The notes: generated from the letters alone by a model not told the origin. Shown: positions 18,634-29,600, numbered from the stretch's first letter. The stretch is 64,000 nucleotides of DNA from an uncultured Planctomycetia bacterium (GCA_964590435.1 CAZPWT010000045.1:31027-95026), one strand, 5' to 3'. Numbers and translations: made by a program.

Positions 18634-20504
18634 AACAGATCGCGTGCCCCTCCTGCTCCGCCAAGTTCGACGTCTCCTCCCAGCCCGCCGGAAAGAAATT
18701 CCGCTGCGGCCGCTGCAAGAACATCCTCACCGTCCCCGAGGACGAACCCGAGTCCGCCCTCGACGCGCTCGACGACGGCGCCTTCGGCGATCCCGGGGCC
18801 GATTTCCCCGACGCCCCCGCGGCAGCAGAAGCGCCTCCCGCGGAGGAATCGGCGCCGGAGCCCGCTCCCGAACCGGAGCCCGAGCCCGCGGCGCGCCCCG
18901 TTTCGCGCGCCCCCCGCGCCGCCGCTTCACGCCCCCCCGCGCCCGCCCCGGCCCGTGGCCGCGGCGCGCGCCCCGGCGCCCGCAAACCGGCGCCCGTCGA
19001 GGACGAAGCCGAGGAGGCCGGGGAACCGCTTCCCCAGAAAATGTCCCCGCTGCCGAAGATCCTGGTCGCGGTGGCGCTGCTGGGCGTGCTGGGCGGCGGC
19101 GGGTTCTTCGCGTGGAAGAAGTTCGGGCAGGGAGGCGGGACCGGCGACGGGCAGGTGGCGGTCGGCGACGAGTACGCGAAGAAACTGAAGAAGCTTGAGA
19201 AGTCGAGCGCGATCGACAACCTGCGGCTGGCGCTGTGGTGCAAGGCCAAGGGGCACGAGAAGTACGAGTTCCACCTCGACGAGGCGGGCAAGCTGTCGCC
19301 GAACGATGGGCAGGTGAAGGCGGGGCTGGCGGAGCGGTACTGGACGCGGGCGTCGGAGAAGCCGCCCGCGACGGCGGCGGAGCTGCTCGAGGCGGCCGCG
19401 GCGGCGCAGAAGGCGGGGATGGAAGGCGAGAAGCGCCGGCTGGCGCGGCTCGCGACGGCGGTGGAGCCGGACAACGCGGCGGCGTGGGACCTGCTCGGCT
19501 GCGTGCGCTACGAGCCCGAGGGCGGCCCGGCGAAGTGGCTGCCGAAGGCGGAGGCGGCGAAGGCGAAGGCGTCGGACGACGAGCGCAAGGCGGCGCAGGC
19601 GAAGGTCGCCTCGATGACGCCGCGCGAGAAGCGGATCGCGGAGATGAAGCAGACGCTGTCGTTCGAGTTCGGGCCGAACTTCGCGTGCCGCGACGAGAAG
19701 CCGTTCCTGTTCTGCATGGAGAAGTCGGAGGGGTTCAGCGCGGACCTGGTGATGGACAGCTACATCACGGAGCTCAAGGCGTTCTACCAGCGGTTCTTCG
19801 ACCGGTTCGGCGAGAAGTTCAAGCTGGGGGACCTGACCGAGCAGGTGATGCTGATCTGGATCTTCAAGAGCCGCGAGGCGTACTTCACCTACGGCGCGAA
19901 CATCGGCATCCCCGCGAACGCGGGCGGCCACTGGGAGCCGGACAAGGAACGGCTCATGATCTTCCACAGCACCGACGCGACGGCGGACCCGTACGGGACG
20001 ATCTTCCACGAGACGACGCACATGATCGTGACGTTCGCGACGAAGCTGCGCGGGAAGGTCAGCGGCCAGATGTTCTGGTTCACGGAAGGGCTCGCGACGT
20101 ACTTCGAGCCGTTCGCGCGGGACAAGACGAACGGGCGGATCCTGCAGGAAGTGAACACCGTGAACGGCGGGCGCCTGCCGGCGATCAGCCAGTGGGTCAA
20201 GATGAACCGCCACGTGAAGCTGAAGGACCTGCTCTCGTGGCGCTACCAGGACTTCGCGCAGATGAACGCGCAGCACAATGCGAAGCGCGACCTGGCGTGG
20301 GGGGCGTACTGCTACGCGGAGGCCTGGTCGGTGCTGTACTTCTTCTACAACTACCAGAACGGCAAGTACGCCTCGAAGTTCGAGGAGTACTTCCAGCACG
20401 AACTCGACGGGACCCCGGGTTTCGATTCGTTCCAGAAGATCTTCGGCACCGACATCGACGCGCTGGAAAAGGAGTGGCTGGAATTCACCAAGTCGCTCAA
20501 ATAG
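18630..20504 (+). CDS. Zinc-ribbon + Pro/acidic linker + TM + DUF1570/peptidase-MA-like domain protein
   Basis: CPSC..GKKFRCGRC zinc ribbon; TM ILVAVALLGVLGGGGFFAW; FHETTH (HExxH) and WFTEGLATYFE. Confidence 0.8.
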   Translation: MKQIACPSCSAKFDVSSQPAGKKFRCGRCKNILTVPEDEPESALDALDDGAFGDPGADFPDAPAAAEAPPAEESAPEPAPEPEPEPAARPVSRAPRAAASRPPAPAPARGRGARPGARKPAPVEDEAEEAGEPLPQKMSPLPKILVAVALLGVLGGGGFFAWKKFGQGGGTGDGQVAVGDEYAKKLKKLEKSSAIDNLRLALWCKAKGHEKYEFHLDEAGKLSPNDGQVKAGLAERYWTRASEKPPATAAELLEAAAAAQKAGMEGEKRRLARLATAVEPDNAAAWDLLGCVRYEPEGGPAKWLPKAEAAKAKASDDERKAAQAKVASMTPREKRIAEMKQTLSFEFGPNFACRDEKPFLFCMEKSEGFSADLVMDSYITELKAFYQRFFDRFGEKFKLGDLTEQVMLIWIFKSREAYFTYGANIGIPANAGGHWEPDKERLMIFHSTDATADPYGTIFHETTHMIVTFATKLRGKVSGQMFWFTEGLATYFEPFARDKTNGRILQEVNTVNGGRLPAISQWVKMNRHVKLKDLLSWRYQDFAQMNAQHNAKRDLAWGAYCYAEAWSVLYFFYNYQNGKYASKFEEYFQHELDGTPGFDSFQKIFGTDIDALEKEWLEFTKSLK

Positions 20505-21457
20505 CGCCGGCGCGGGCGTCGGAGCTCGCGGGGAAGGCGAGGCTGCTCCAGGAGACGATCGGCCGCGCGATCGCGGGGAAGCCCATGGCCATCGAACTTC
20601 TGGTGGTCGGGCTTGTGGCGCGCGGGCACGTCCTGATCGAGGACGTCCCGGGCGTCGGGAAGACGGCGCTCGCCAAGGCGCTGGCGCGCTGCGTCGGCTG
20701 CGAGTTCCGCCGCATCCAGTTCACGCCGGACCTCCTGCCCAGCGACATCACCGGCCTCTCGATGTACGACCCCAGCACCAAGGACTTCCAGTTCCGCCCC
20801 GGCCCCATCTTTACCCAGATCCTCCTCGCCGACGAAATCAACCGCACCACCCCGCGCACCCAGGCCGCCCTCCTCGAGGCGATGAACGACTTCCAGGTCA
20901 CCGCCGACGGCCGCACCTACGCCTTGCCGAAACCGTTCATGGTCGTCGCCACCCAGAACCCCCTCGAGTTCGCCGGCACCTACCCGCTCCCCGAGGCCCA
21001 GATGGACCGCTTCATGCTCCGCATCCGTATGGGCTACCCGTCCGTCGAGCAGGAGCGCGAGATGCTCGCGACGCACCGCCAGGGCGAGCCGGTCGATTCG
21101 CTCCCCGTGGTGATCCAGGCGAAGGAAATGCTCGAGCTCTCCGCGGTGGCCTCCTCCGTGAAATTCGACCCGGAGCTCGCCGCCTACCTCGTCGCCATCG
21201 TCGACCGCACCCGCCGCGAACCGCACTTCGCCGCCGGCGTCTCCCCGCGCGGCAGCCTCGCCCTCTACCGCGCCGCCCAGTCCCGGGCCCTCGTCCGCGG
21301 CCGCGACTACGTCATCCCCGACGACGTGAAGGACCTCGTCATCCCCGTCCTCGCCCACCGCATCGTGGAGCGAGGGCCGCGCAGCTCGAGCGAGCGCGGA
21401 AGCGCCATTCGCGTGCTGCAGAACATTCTCGCGGAGCTGCCGGTACCGGCCGGGTAA
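20474..21457 (+). CDS. MoxR family AAA+ ATPase (start uncertain: GTG 20474 or ATG 20585)
   Basis: GHVLIEDVPGVGKT, RIQFTPDLLPSD, LADEINR, ATQNP, YPLPEAQMDRF, GVSPRG motifs. Confidence 0.93.
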   Translation: MAGIHQVAQIAPARASELAGKARLLQETIGRAIAGKPMAIELLVVGLVARGHVLIEDVPGVGKTALAKALARCVGCEFRRIQFTPDLLPSDITGLSMYDPSTKDFQFRPGPIFTQILLADEINRTTPRTQAALLEAMNDFQVTADGRTYALPKPFMVVATQNPLEFAGTYPLPEAQMDRFMLRIRMGYPSVEQEREMLATHRQGEPVDSLPVVIQAKEMLELSAVASSVKFDPELAAYLVAIVDRTRREPHFAAGVSPRGSLALYRAAQSRALVRGRDYVIPDDVKDLVIPVLAHRIVERGPRSSSERGSAIRVLQNILAELPVPAG

Positions 21458-21462
21458 GAACG

Positions 21463-21595
21463 AGCGGCCAGTGGCCAGTGGCCAGCGGCCAGCGGCCAGC
21501 GGCCAGTGGCCAGCGGCCAGCGGCCAGCGGCCAGTGGCCAGCGGCCAGCGGCCAGCGGCCAGTGGCCAGTGGCCAGCGGCCAGCGGCCAGCGGCC
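21463..21595 (+). repeat. Tandem array of 19 AG(C/T)GGCC heptamers
   Basis: Read directly; variant order C T T C C C T C C C T C C C T T C C C. Confidence 0.97.
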
Positions 21596-21679
21596 AGTAA
21601 AGACAACGCGCGGACTACACTCTCGTCTGAGGAATTCCATTTTTCGGAAATAGAGTCACTTCGCGATTAGGCTTCAGTC

Positions 21680-21740
21680 TCGCCGCTCGCCGCTCGCCGC
21701 TCGCCGCTGGCCACTCGCCCGCTGGCCACTCGCCCGCTCG
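21680..21740 (-). repeat. Degenerate inverted copy of the heptamer array
   Basis: TCGCCGC x4, TGGCCAC, TCGCCCGC, TGGCCAC, TCGCCCGC; reverse complement resembles (GCGGCGA/GTGGCCA)n. Confidence 0.85.
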
Positions 21741-21786
21741 AACCCTCGCCCCGCGCCAACGTTCATTCTCTACAATGCCCTCGCGC

Positions 21787-22935
21787 ATGCGCCGCCTCCG
21801 CCTCGCCTGGTCCCGCCGCCCCCGCCTCACTCGAAACGGGCTCTACGTCCTCACGCTCACCGTCATGGCCGCGCAGGTCGCGTTCGTCACGGGGAACAAC
21901 CTGTTCTGGTTCCTGTTCTCCTCCGGGCTCGCCCTTCTCCTCTCCAACGCCTGGCTCGGATGGCGCGGTTTGCGGAAACTCTCACTGCGGCGTTCCCTTC
22001 CGCAGACGGCGTATGCGTGGGAAGCGTTCGCGGGGTCGTACCAGGTGACGAACGCGGGGCGGCTGCCGGCGTTCTACGTGATTTTCGAGGACCCGCCGGA
22101 GACGCCTCGGCCGGCGGGCGAGGGGGAAGCGCGCCCGATCTTCGCGTTCGCGGCGTCGATCGCGCCGCGCGCCACCGCCACGGTCCCGTTCTGGACGCGG
22201 CTCGTGCAGCGCGGCTGGAACCGCTTCAACCGCGTGCGCATCTCGTCGGATTTCCCGTTCGGGTTCTTCCGCATTTCGCGCGACATCGAGATCAAGGACG
22301 AGATCCTCGTCTACCCGCGCGTCGGGCGCGTGCTGTCGTCGCTGCCGCTCGAGCGCGCCGCCGACGGGCAGCTCGTCGCCGTCCGCCGTGCGCAGCCGGG
22401 CGAGGACGACTTTGCCGGCTTGCACGAATGGCGCCCCGGGGACAACCCCAAGGCGATCCACTGGCCGTCCTGGGGACGCTTCCATGACGACCGCCTCCTC
22501 GTCCGCGAATTCGAGCGGACCCGCGTGCCGCGGGCGTGCCTGCTGATCGACCTCGAGTCGAAATCCGACCGGCGCTTCGAGCAGGTCGTGTCGTTCACCG
22601 CCGCGAACCTGCTCGATCTTCACAAGAACGGGGTGGCGACCGCGCTCTGGGCCGGGACGGGCGAGACGCTGAGCGCCGCCGTCCCCGAGGCGCTCCTGAC
22701 CGAGCTGGCCACGCTCAAGCGCGACGAGCCGGCCGCGACTCCGTCGAAGCACCTGGAAGAAGCGATCGCGGCGGCGGTGGCGGTCGGGGACCTGCCGGTG
22801 GTGGTCGGGGACGGGACGCGGAAGCGGCACCGCGGCGCTGAGTGGGCGAAGGACGTGGTGATGGTGGACGTGGCGGCGGCGGATTTCCGCGGGCGGTACC
22901 AGGTGCGGCCGGAGAAGGGGGCGGGGGATGCTTGA
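21787..22935 (+). CDS. DUF58 domain protein with N-terminal TM helices
   Basis: LTRNG, RGW.RF....ISSDFPFGF, LVYPR, F.GLHEWRPGD..KAIHW, LLVREFE motifs; start moved to ATG 21787 behind a TACAAT box. Confidence 0.88.
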   Translation: MRRLRLAWSRRPRLTRNGLYVLTLTVMAAQVAFVTGNNLFWFLFSSGLALLLSNAWLGWRGLRKLSLRRSLPQTAYAWEAFAGSYQVTNAGRLPAFYVIFEDPPETPRPAGEGEARPIFAFAASIAPRATATVPFWTRLVQRGWNRFNRVRISSDFPFGFFRISRDIEIKDEILVYPRVGRVLSSLPLERAADGQLVAVRRAQPGEDDFAGLHEWRPGDNPKAIHWPSWGRFHDDRLLVREFERTRVPRACLLIDLESKSDRRFEQVVSFTAANLLDLHKNGVATALWAGTGETLSAAVPEALLTELATLKRDEPAATPSKHLEEAIAAAVAVGDLPVVVGDGTRKRHRGAEWAKDVVMVDVAAADFRGRYQVRPEKGAGDA

Positions 22936-25042
22936 TGTGCTCCTGGTCGCGCTGTGGGGAGTCGGGGGGCTGATCGGGGCCCTGCCGGAGCGCCGTTTCG
23001 AGTGGGCGCTGGGACCGATCGTCGTCGCGGCGTGGGGGATCACGGCGGGAAAGATCGGGATCCGGCAGTTGCTGGTCGGGCGGAGCCCCGTGGGATACGC
23101 GCTGCTGGCTGGCGTCTGGGTGGCGGTCTCGGGGATGGCCCTGGCGCTGGGAACCCCGCGCGAAGCGGTGCTGCCGGCCTGCGCGGCGGCCGTCGGCGTG
23201 CTGTTCCTGCTCGAGCGCCGCTCGGCGCTCCAGGCGCACGCCGTCATCGCCGCGTCGTTCGTGGCGGCGGTCGTCGGCGCGACCCGCGACACCTCGGCGA
23301 AGATGCTGCCGCTGTTCGTCCCGTTCCTGGTGCTGATCGTGCTCTCGCTCGCTCTGACGCACCAGCAGTGGGTCCTGCAGCGCCTGCGCCGCGCCGCCCA
23401 CGAAGGCTACCTGCTCGCCGCCCAGGTCCCGGGCTACGCCGGCACCCGTACCGGCCTCGCCTCCACCGTCTCCCTCGTCGCGCTCACCACGACGTTCGCC
23501 GCGCTCGTCCTCTACCTCGTCGTCCCCCACTTCCGCTGGAAAAACCCCGAGGACGCCCGGGGCGGGAAGGGCTCCGGCTCGCAGGGCGCCAGCGGACTGT
23601 CGGACCGGCTGTCGCTTCACGCGATGCACGACCTGAAGATCGATCACCGCATCGCGCTGAAGCTCAAGATGGCCCGCGACGGGAAGAACTTCCGGCCCGC
23701 GCTTCCCATGCGGCTGCGCGGCGCCGTCGTCGACAGTTCCAACGGCACGGAGTGGTGGTCCACGGCGTCGCGCCGGACGCGCCGCGACGAGAACGACGGC
23801 AAGCGCGACGGCCGGGTGACGCTCATTGCGGATCCCGCCGATCCCGTCCTCCAGGAATGCGAGATCGAGTCGACCGGCGACACCACCATCGTGGCCCTTC
23901 CCGAAATCGCGGAAGTCGAGGCGGCGACGGCGGACGTGGACGACCACGGGGTGGTGCGGCTGCCGGCGCTGGGAAGCGGGGGGCGTGCGCACTACCGGGT
24001 GGTGTCGGACACGGCGGGGACGGACCCGCGGACGTTCGAGGCGCGGCCGCGGAGCCCGCATCCGCGGTACCTGATGCTGCCGCACGGGAAGGACCCGGAA
24101 ATCCTGTCGCTGGCGACGGGCATCACGGCGGGGGCGAACGACGCCGCGCGCAAGGCGGCGCTGATCGAGAACTGGCTGCAGTCGAACTTCGATTACTCGA
24201 CGGACTTCGACCCTTCGAGCGAATCCGACCCGGTGCGGGCGCTGCTGTTCACGGAGAAGCGCGGCTACTGCGTGCATTTCGCGGCGACGATGGCGGTGAT
24301 GCTGCGGTGCCTGGACATCCCGTGCCGGGTCGCGCAGGGGCTGTTCGGCGGCGAGTGGTCGGATCGCGACGAGCTCGCGATGTTCCGGTTCTCGGATGCG
24401 CACGCCTGGGTCGAGGTCTGGCTCGGCCCGCGCGCCGGGTGGATGCCGTTCGACCCGACGCCGCGGCTGCAGGGCGGCAACGAGGAGAACCCCGAGGACT
24501 TCGCAAACACCGGCCCGGACGCGCGGCGCCCGGACCCGGCGCGGCGGGACCCGGACCGGCCGTCCTCCTCCTTCTCCACCGAGCCCCTCACGACGCTCAG
24601 CCTCGAGCGGCAGGCCCAGTGGCTCCGGGCCGCGAAAAAGCTCTTCACTGACGCGTGGGACTCGAAGCTCGGGAAGGGCGTCTTCTTCTTCGCGTTCTTC
24701 TCGTTCTCGCTGCTGCTGACCTGGAGCCTGCTGCCGCGGCACGAGCGCAACCGGCTCCGCGCGGCCCTGACCGGCGCCCCGGGCGAGTCCACCGCGTTCT
24801 GGGACGAGTTCGTCACGCTGTCCGCGCGCGCCGGTTTCCGCCGCGGCCCGGGCGAGACGCCGTTTGAGTTCGCGCGCCGCGTCGAGCGCACCTACCCCGG
24901 CGCCGGCCGCGTGGCACTCGCCCTCTACGCCGTCCGCTTCGGCGGCCATGACGCCCGGGAGAAAACGGCCGAGGCGCGCCCGGCGCTGGACGCGATCCGG
25001 AAGCAGCAGGCGGGCAAGGCGGCCCCGCCGCCGGCACCCTGA
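22928..25042 (+). CDS. Membrane transglutaminase-like protein (TgpA/DUF3488-TGc-DUF4129 architecture)
   Basis: Multi-TM N-terminus; RGYCVHFA (Cys), DAHAWVEV (His), FDPTP (Asp); GETPFEFA..V C-terminal motif. Confidence 0.9.
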   Translation: MLDVLLVALWGVGGLIGALPERRFEWALGPIVVAAWGITAGKIGIRQLLVGRSPVGYALLAGVWVAVSGMALALGTPREAVLPACAAAVGVLFLLERRSALQAHAVIAASFVAAVVGATRDTSAKMLPLFVPFLVLIVLSLALTHQQWVLQRLRRAAHEGYLLAAQVPGYAGTRTGLASTVSLVALTTTFAALVLYLVVPHFRWKNPEDARGGKGSGSQGASGLSDRLSLHAMHDLKIDHRIALKLKMARDGKNFRPALPMRLRGAVVDSSNGTEWWSTASRRTRRDENDGKRDGRVTLIADPADPVLQECEIESTGDTTIVALPEIAEVEAATADVDDHGVVRLPALGSGGRAHYRVVSDTAGTDPRTFEARPRSPHPRYLMLPHGKDPEILSLATGITAGANDAARKAALIENWLQSNFDYSTDFDPSSESDPVRALLFTEKRGYCVHFAATMAVMLRCLDIPCRVAQGLFGGEWSDRDELAMFRFSDAHAWVEVWLGPRAGWMPFDPTPRLQGGNEENPEDFANTGPDARRPDPARRDPDRPSSSFSTEPLTTLSLERQAQWLRAAKKLFTDAWDSKLGKGVFFFAFFSFSLLLTWSLLPRHERNRLRAALTGAPGESTAFWDEFVTLSARAGFRRGPGETPFEFARRVERTYPGAGRVALALYAVRFGGHDAREKTAEARPALDAIRKQQAGKAAPPPAP

Positions 25043-25080
25043 CTTCTCGCGCTCCGCCCGGGGATGGATAGAATGCCCCC

Positions 25081-26202
25081 ATGCCCGCGGAGAAACCGCC
25101 CGCCGCCGCCCGGATCCGCGCTCTCGATTGGCACCGCGGGCTCGCCGTCATCGTCATGATCGAGTGCCACTGCCTGGCGCTCCTCAACCCGTCGCACGAC
25201 AACGAGCCGCTCCGCCTGTTCCTCAACTCCATCAACGGCCTCGTCGCCCCGTCCTTCATCTTCGCCGCGGGCTTCGCCCTCTCCATGGTCTCCTGCCGCG
25301 CGGCCTCCGACCCCGTCGGCCGCCGCTCCCGCGCGCTGAAAACCCTCTCGCGAATCACCGAGGTCCTCGTCGTCGCCAACATCCTCAAGCTCCAGATGTG
25401 GCCCGTCCTCTCCCAGCCCTCCTGGTGGCTCCGCGTCGACGTCCTCTCCTGCATCGCCTACTCCCTCTTCGTCACCTGGGGCTGCGTCTTCTCCCTAGGC
25501 AACCGCCCGCTCACCATCGCCGCCGTCATGGCCGGCCTCGCCGCCCTCATCTTCGCCCTCGCCCCCTGGACCGAAACTCTCCGCGGCCTCGGCGTCCTCC
25601 AGCACTTCGTCAACAACGCCACCCAGTCCCCCTTCCCCGTCCTCCCCTGGGCCGGCTACGCCTTTCTCGGCGCCTCGATCGGCGCGCTGATGTCGATACC
25701 GGGGAAGGGCCCCTCGCTACTCCTGAAGGGTCTCGCGGCGATTTTCGTCGTGGGGCTGGCGGTGGCGTACTCGGGCGTCCTGGAAAAGGTGTACCGCTGG
25801 AACCCGTGGATCCTCACCAACGCCGGCGAGCGGCTCTGGAAGATCTCGGCGATCGCGCTGATCCTGCGTGGCGCGGAACTGTTCGGGGGCTCGAAGGGCT
25901 GGGCGATGAAGAACCCGCTCACGCGCGTCCTGGAGCTCTACGGCACGTCGTCGCTCTCGGCCTTCTACTTCCACGTGACGCTGCTGTTCGGCTTCACCGC
26001 CCCGCTGGTCCGCGGCCACTACATCTCGTTCCACCCCGTCTCCGAGTGGCTGTCCAAGGCGGACTGGGGGATGTACTGGTTCCTCACGTTCCTCATCATC
26101 GCCGGCACCGGCGTCTGCTGCTGGGCGTGGGACTTCATCGACGTGCGACTGCCCTGGAAGAAATCGAAGAAAAAAACCGAGGGCACACCGAAAGCAGCCT
26201 GA
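25081..26202 (+). CDS. DUF1624 / heparan-alpha-glucosaminide N-acetyltransferase-like membrane acyltransferase
   Basis: RIRALDWHRGLAVIVMIECH, VAPSFIFAAG, DVLSCI, FPVLPW, G..SL..FYFH motifs. Confidence 0.8.
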   Translation: MPAEKPPAAARIRALDWHRGLAVIVMIECHCLALLNPSHDNEPLRLFLNSINGLVAPSFIFAAGFALSMVSCRAASDPVGRRSRALKTLSRITEVLVVANILKLQMWPVLSQPSWWLRVDVLSCIAYSLFVTWGCVFSLGNRPLTIAAVMAGLAALIFALAPWTETLRGLGVLQHFVNNATQSPFPVLPWAGYAFLGASIGALMSIPGKGPSLLLKGLAAIFVVGLAVAYSGVLEKVYRWNPWILTNAGERLWKISAIALILRGAELFGGSKGWAMKNPLTRVLELYGTSSLSAFYFHVTLLFGFTAPLVRGHYISFHPVSEWLSKADWGMYWFLTFLIIAGTGVCCWAWDFIDVRLPWKKSKKKTEGTPKAA

Positions 26203-26640
26203 GGTCGTCGCCGTTTTTCCCGTCCCGGTATCGGGCGAGGCGGGTTGCGGGCCGCAGCGGAGGGGGTGCGGCGGCGCGCGCCGAAGCCGGGCCAGGAAAT
26301 GGCCACTCCGAACTCAACCCCTCTCGGCCCGGCGCAGGGGCGCGCCGCCGCCCCCCGGAGCGAAGGCCCACAACCCGCCTCGCCCGAAACCGGGACCTCC
26401 GCCTCTGCCGTGCAGAGCTGGTACTGAACCTCTTATTTCAGGGTGGGAACGGCCCTCTGGCTTCGTGGATCCCCGCAGGGATCGGGTCAGCAGGAGGCAC
26501 TGGTGTTCCCAATGAAGTGTTCGTGGTTCGCGCCATGTTCTCTAACACGCACAGTGCAGGGGCCCCGGCGTCGGGCGCCGGGAGGTCGGGTTCCTTAACC
26601 GGGACGGCACAAGTCTACCAGAGTCGCCGTGCCGTCCATC

Positions 26641-29600
26641 CTATGTCGCAACCGCCCCCTTCAGCGCTCCCAGCATCGCCGCCATCCGCCCGGCATCCGG
26701 CAACGCATACGGCCGGAACTTCTCCACCGTCCCTTCCTCCTCCACGAACAGCAGCCCGCGGTACAGCCCCAGCTTCGCCGCCGCCGGCGTGTCGATCAGC
26801 TCCGACGAATCCGACCCGCTCATCTGGAACAGGATCCGCATCCCGAATTCGCGCAGCGTCTTCTGCGAGAACGTGCGCTTCAGGTTTCCCAGCGAGTCGC
26901 ACCACGTCGCCGTGAACACCCCGCGCGCCGGCCCCTCCGTCAGCACGTTCACCAGGCACTTGTCCGTCGACGGCTTGTCCCCTTCCCCGCCCCCGAGGTC
27001 AAACTCGTCGCTCTGGCGGAGCTTTCTGAAGCGCTGGAGGTCGTGGATGAAGAGGTAGACGGGGAGCGAGCCGGAGCCGCCGCTTTCGTCGCGCGACTTG
27101 ACGAGGGCGTCGAGGTCCTCCATGAGCTGGGGGATCTTCGCGTAGTCGACGATTTCGACTTCGTGGGGAAGTGCGGCAGCGAGGTCCGTGAGGCGACGGG
27201 CCTCTGCGACCTCTGGGGGCGTGCCGTCGACGAGGATGAAGCGTGCGGATTTCGGCGCGTGGAAGGAGGCGAGGCTGAGGAGGATGGACTGGACGACGGC
27301 GGTGGCGGACTCGCGCTGCTGCCCGACGACGAGGAGATTGGCGCCGGCCTGGCGCTGGAAGCGGACCTCGGTGGGGCCCTTGATGGCGTTGGCCTCGCCG
27401 ACCCAGGCGCGGGGGACGCCGTCGCCGGACCAGGGTTTCGCGAGCGACTTGCGGAGGAGGACGTTCTGGCCGATGTCGGCGGGAAGGTTGCCCTCGAACA
27501 CCGTGGTCGCTTCGCGCGGCTCCCAGCCTTCCTGGTCGGCGTGGGCGCGGAGCCGGGCGAGGTACTTGTCCTCGATGGCGTCGGACATCCAGACGACCTG
27601 GAACGGGGAGTTCCCCTCGATCATGCCGGACATGTCGTTGTAGATCGCCTCGCCGGGGCGCGACAGGAGGCGAGCGGCGGGGTTGTCGTCGCCGAGGATG
27701 AGGAGCGAGTCGGCCTCGTTGCACTGGAGGGCGATGCGGATCCCCATCTGGCCGAGGGTCGTCTTGGCGAGCGTGTACGAGCCGCCGAGCGTCTGCGAAC
27801 CGAGGATCACGTGCACCCCGAACGCGCGGCCCTGGCGGACGATGCGGTCGAGGAGCAGCGCGGCCTCCTGCGCCGTCGCGTCCTCCTCGGTGAAGAACTC
27901 CTGGAATTCGTCGATGAGCAGCAGCGTGCGCGGCAGGTAGTCGCCCTTCCCGTGCTTGCGGTAGCCGGCGAAGTCCTGCACGCCCGCGGCGCGGTAGAGG
28001 TCGGCGCGCTCGCCGAGCTCGCGGTCGATGCGGCGCAGGACGGACAGGCCGAATTCGCGGTCCGACTCGATCGCGATGACGCGGGCGTGGGGGAGCCGGT
28101 GGTTGGCGAAGCGCTTGAACTCGACGCCCTTCTTGAAGTCGATGAGGTACAGCTCGAGTTCGCGGGGGCCGTACCAGAGGGCGGAGTTGGTGATCATGAC
28201 GTGGAACAGCGTGGACTTACCGGAGCCGGTCTTGCCGGCGATGAGCGCGTGCTGCGACGTGCCGCGGCCGAGCTCGAGGCACTGGAGCTTGTCGGCGCCG
28301 GAGCGGCCGAGCGGGATATGGACGCCGGTTTCGGAGCTGAGGCTCGCCCATTTGCCCTCGGGGGGCGCGACGGTCTCGAACGGGACCTCGACGCGCCCTG
28401 CGCCGGCGCACTGCCGGCCGATGGACTGGAGAAGGGGCGTGAGGACGGCCGGGTCCGCGGGAGGCTCGGGGACGGCCACGGCGCGCGGGAGGATTTCCTC
28501 GTCGACCGTGACGGCGTCGTTGGCGATGGAGAGCACGAGTCCGTTGGTGCGGAAGCGCGGCGGCGTGAACGCCGGGGGGACCTTCTGGCCGCGTTCGCCG
28601 AAGATGAGCGTGTGGACGCCGCAGCGGGCGCCGCTGGCCACGATCCCCGCGAGCCGGTCCATCGCGACGTCGCTGAACCCGCGCGGGAAGTCGGCGATCG
28701 TGAGGAAGTGGTACGCCTCGGCCATGATGCCGACCTCGCGGTTGTAGTCCCCGATGGTCGCGTAGCGGTTGCGCAGGTACTTCTGGATGATCTTCTCGAT
28801 GTGCTCGGTCAATTCCGCGAGCTTCTTCTCGATGTGGACGGTCTCGGTCCAGATGCGGCCGCCGACGATCGACTCGTCGTCGTCCGCGAGGTGCATGAGG
28901 GCGGAGAAGCTCTGGCCGAGCCCGACGGGGTCGACGAACAGGAACTTGGCCTTCGCGGGCGGGAACGCAGCGAGGATCCGGAGCACGGCGTCCGAGACCG
29001 TCTGCGCGGCGCGGGGGCGGTTTTTCGCGTCGGCGCTCACGAGGAGGTTCCCGCGCCCGGGGAACGCCAATGAGAGCGGCACGGCGATCCGCCCATTGTC
29101 CGGCAGTGAGAACGGCTCGCCGCTTCCCCGCGCACCGGCCAGCGGCCCGAAATCCACCATCGCGTCGCCGAGGTAGGCCGCCTCGGGGAATTCTTTCGTC
29201 ATGCGGTAGTCGTGCCACGACGGGTCCGTCCACGGCGGGATCTGCCGGCGCCCCTGCGCCCTCGCCGCGGCCATGGACGAGGTGAAGTCGCCGACCTCAC
29301 GGGTCCAGGCGGCCGCGAGCTTCTCCCGGGCCTCGGCCCCCCTGGCCAGCGCCTCCTGCCCGCCCTGCGCCTGCGCCGCGCGGTGGACCTCGAGTTCCTT
29401 CCGGAAGCGTTCCTCGAGCGCGCGGGCCTCGGCGTCGAGGCGGGCGTCGAGGGCGGACTCGCGCTGGTTGTTCCGGCGGCGGACGCGTTCCAGCAGCGCG
29501 AGGTGCTTCTTCTTCAGCGACTCGATCCGCGGCGCCGCGGCTTTCTTCGCCTCCTCGAGCCCCGTGGCCAGCGTCTCGTCCAGGTCCGCGACCGCGCCGA

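Noticed and set aside
21307-21653. Short ORFs with SGQRPAA/LAAGRWP repeats
   Set aside because: Artefacts of the stop-free heptamer array
21463-21740. Possible CRISPR array
   Set aside because: Contiguous 7-mers with no unique spacers, and no cas genes
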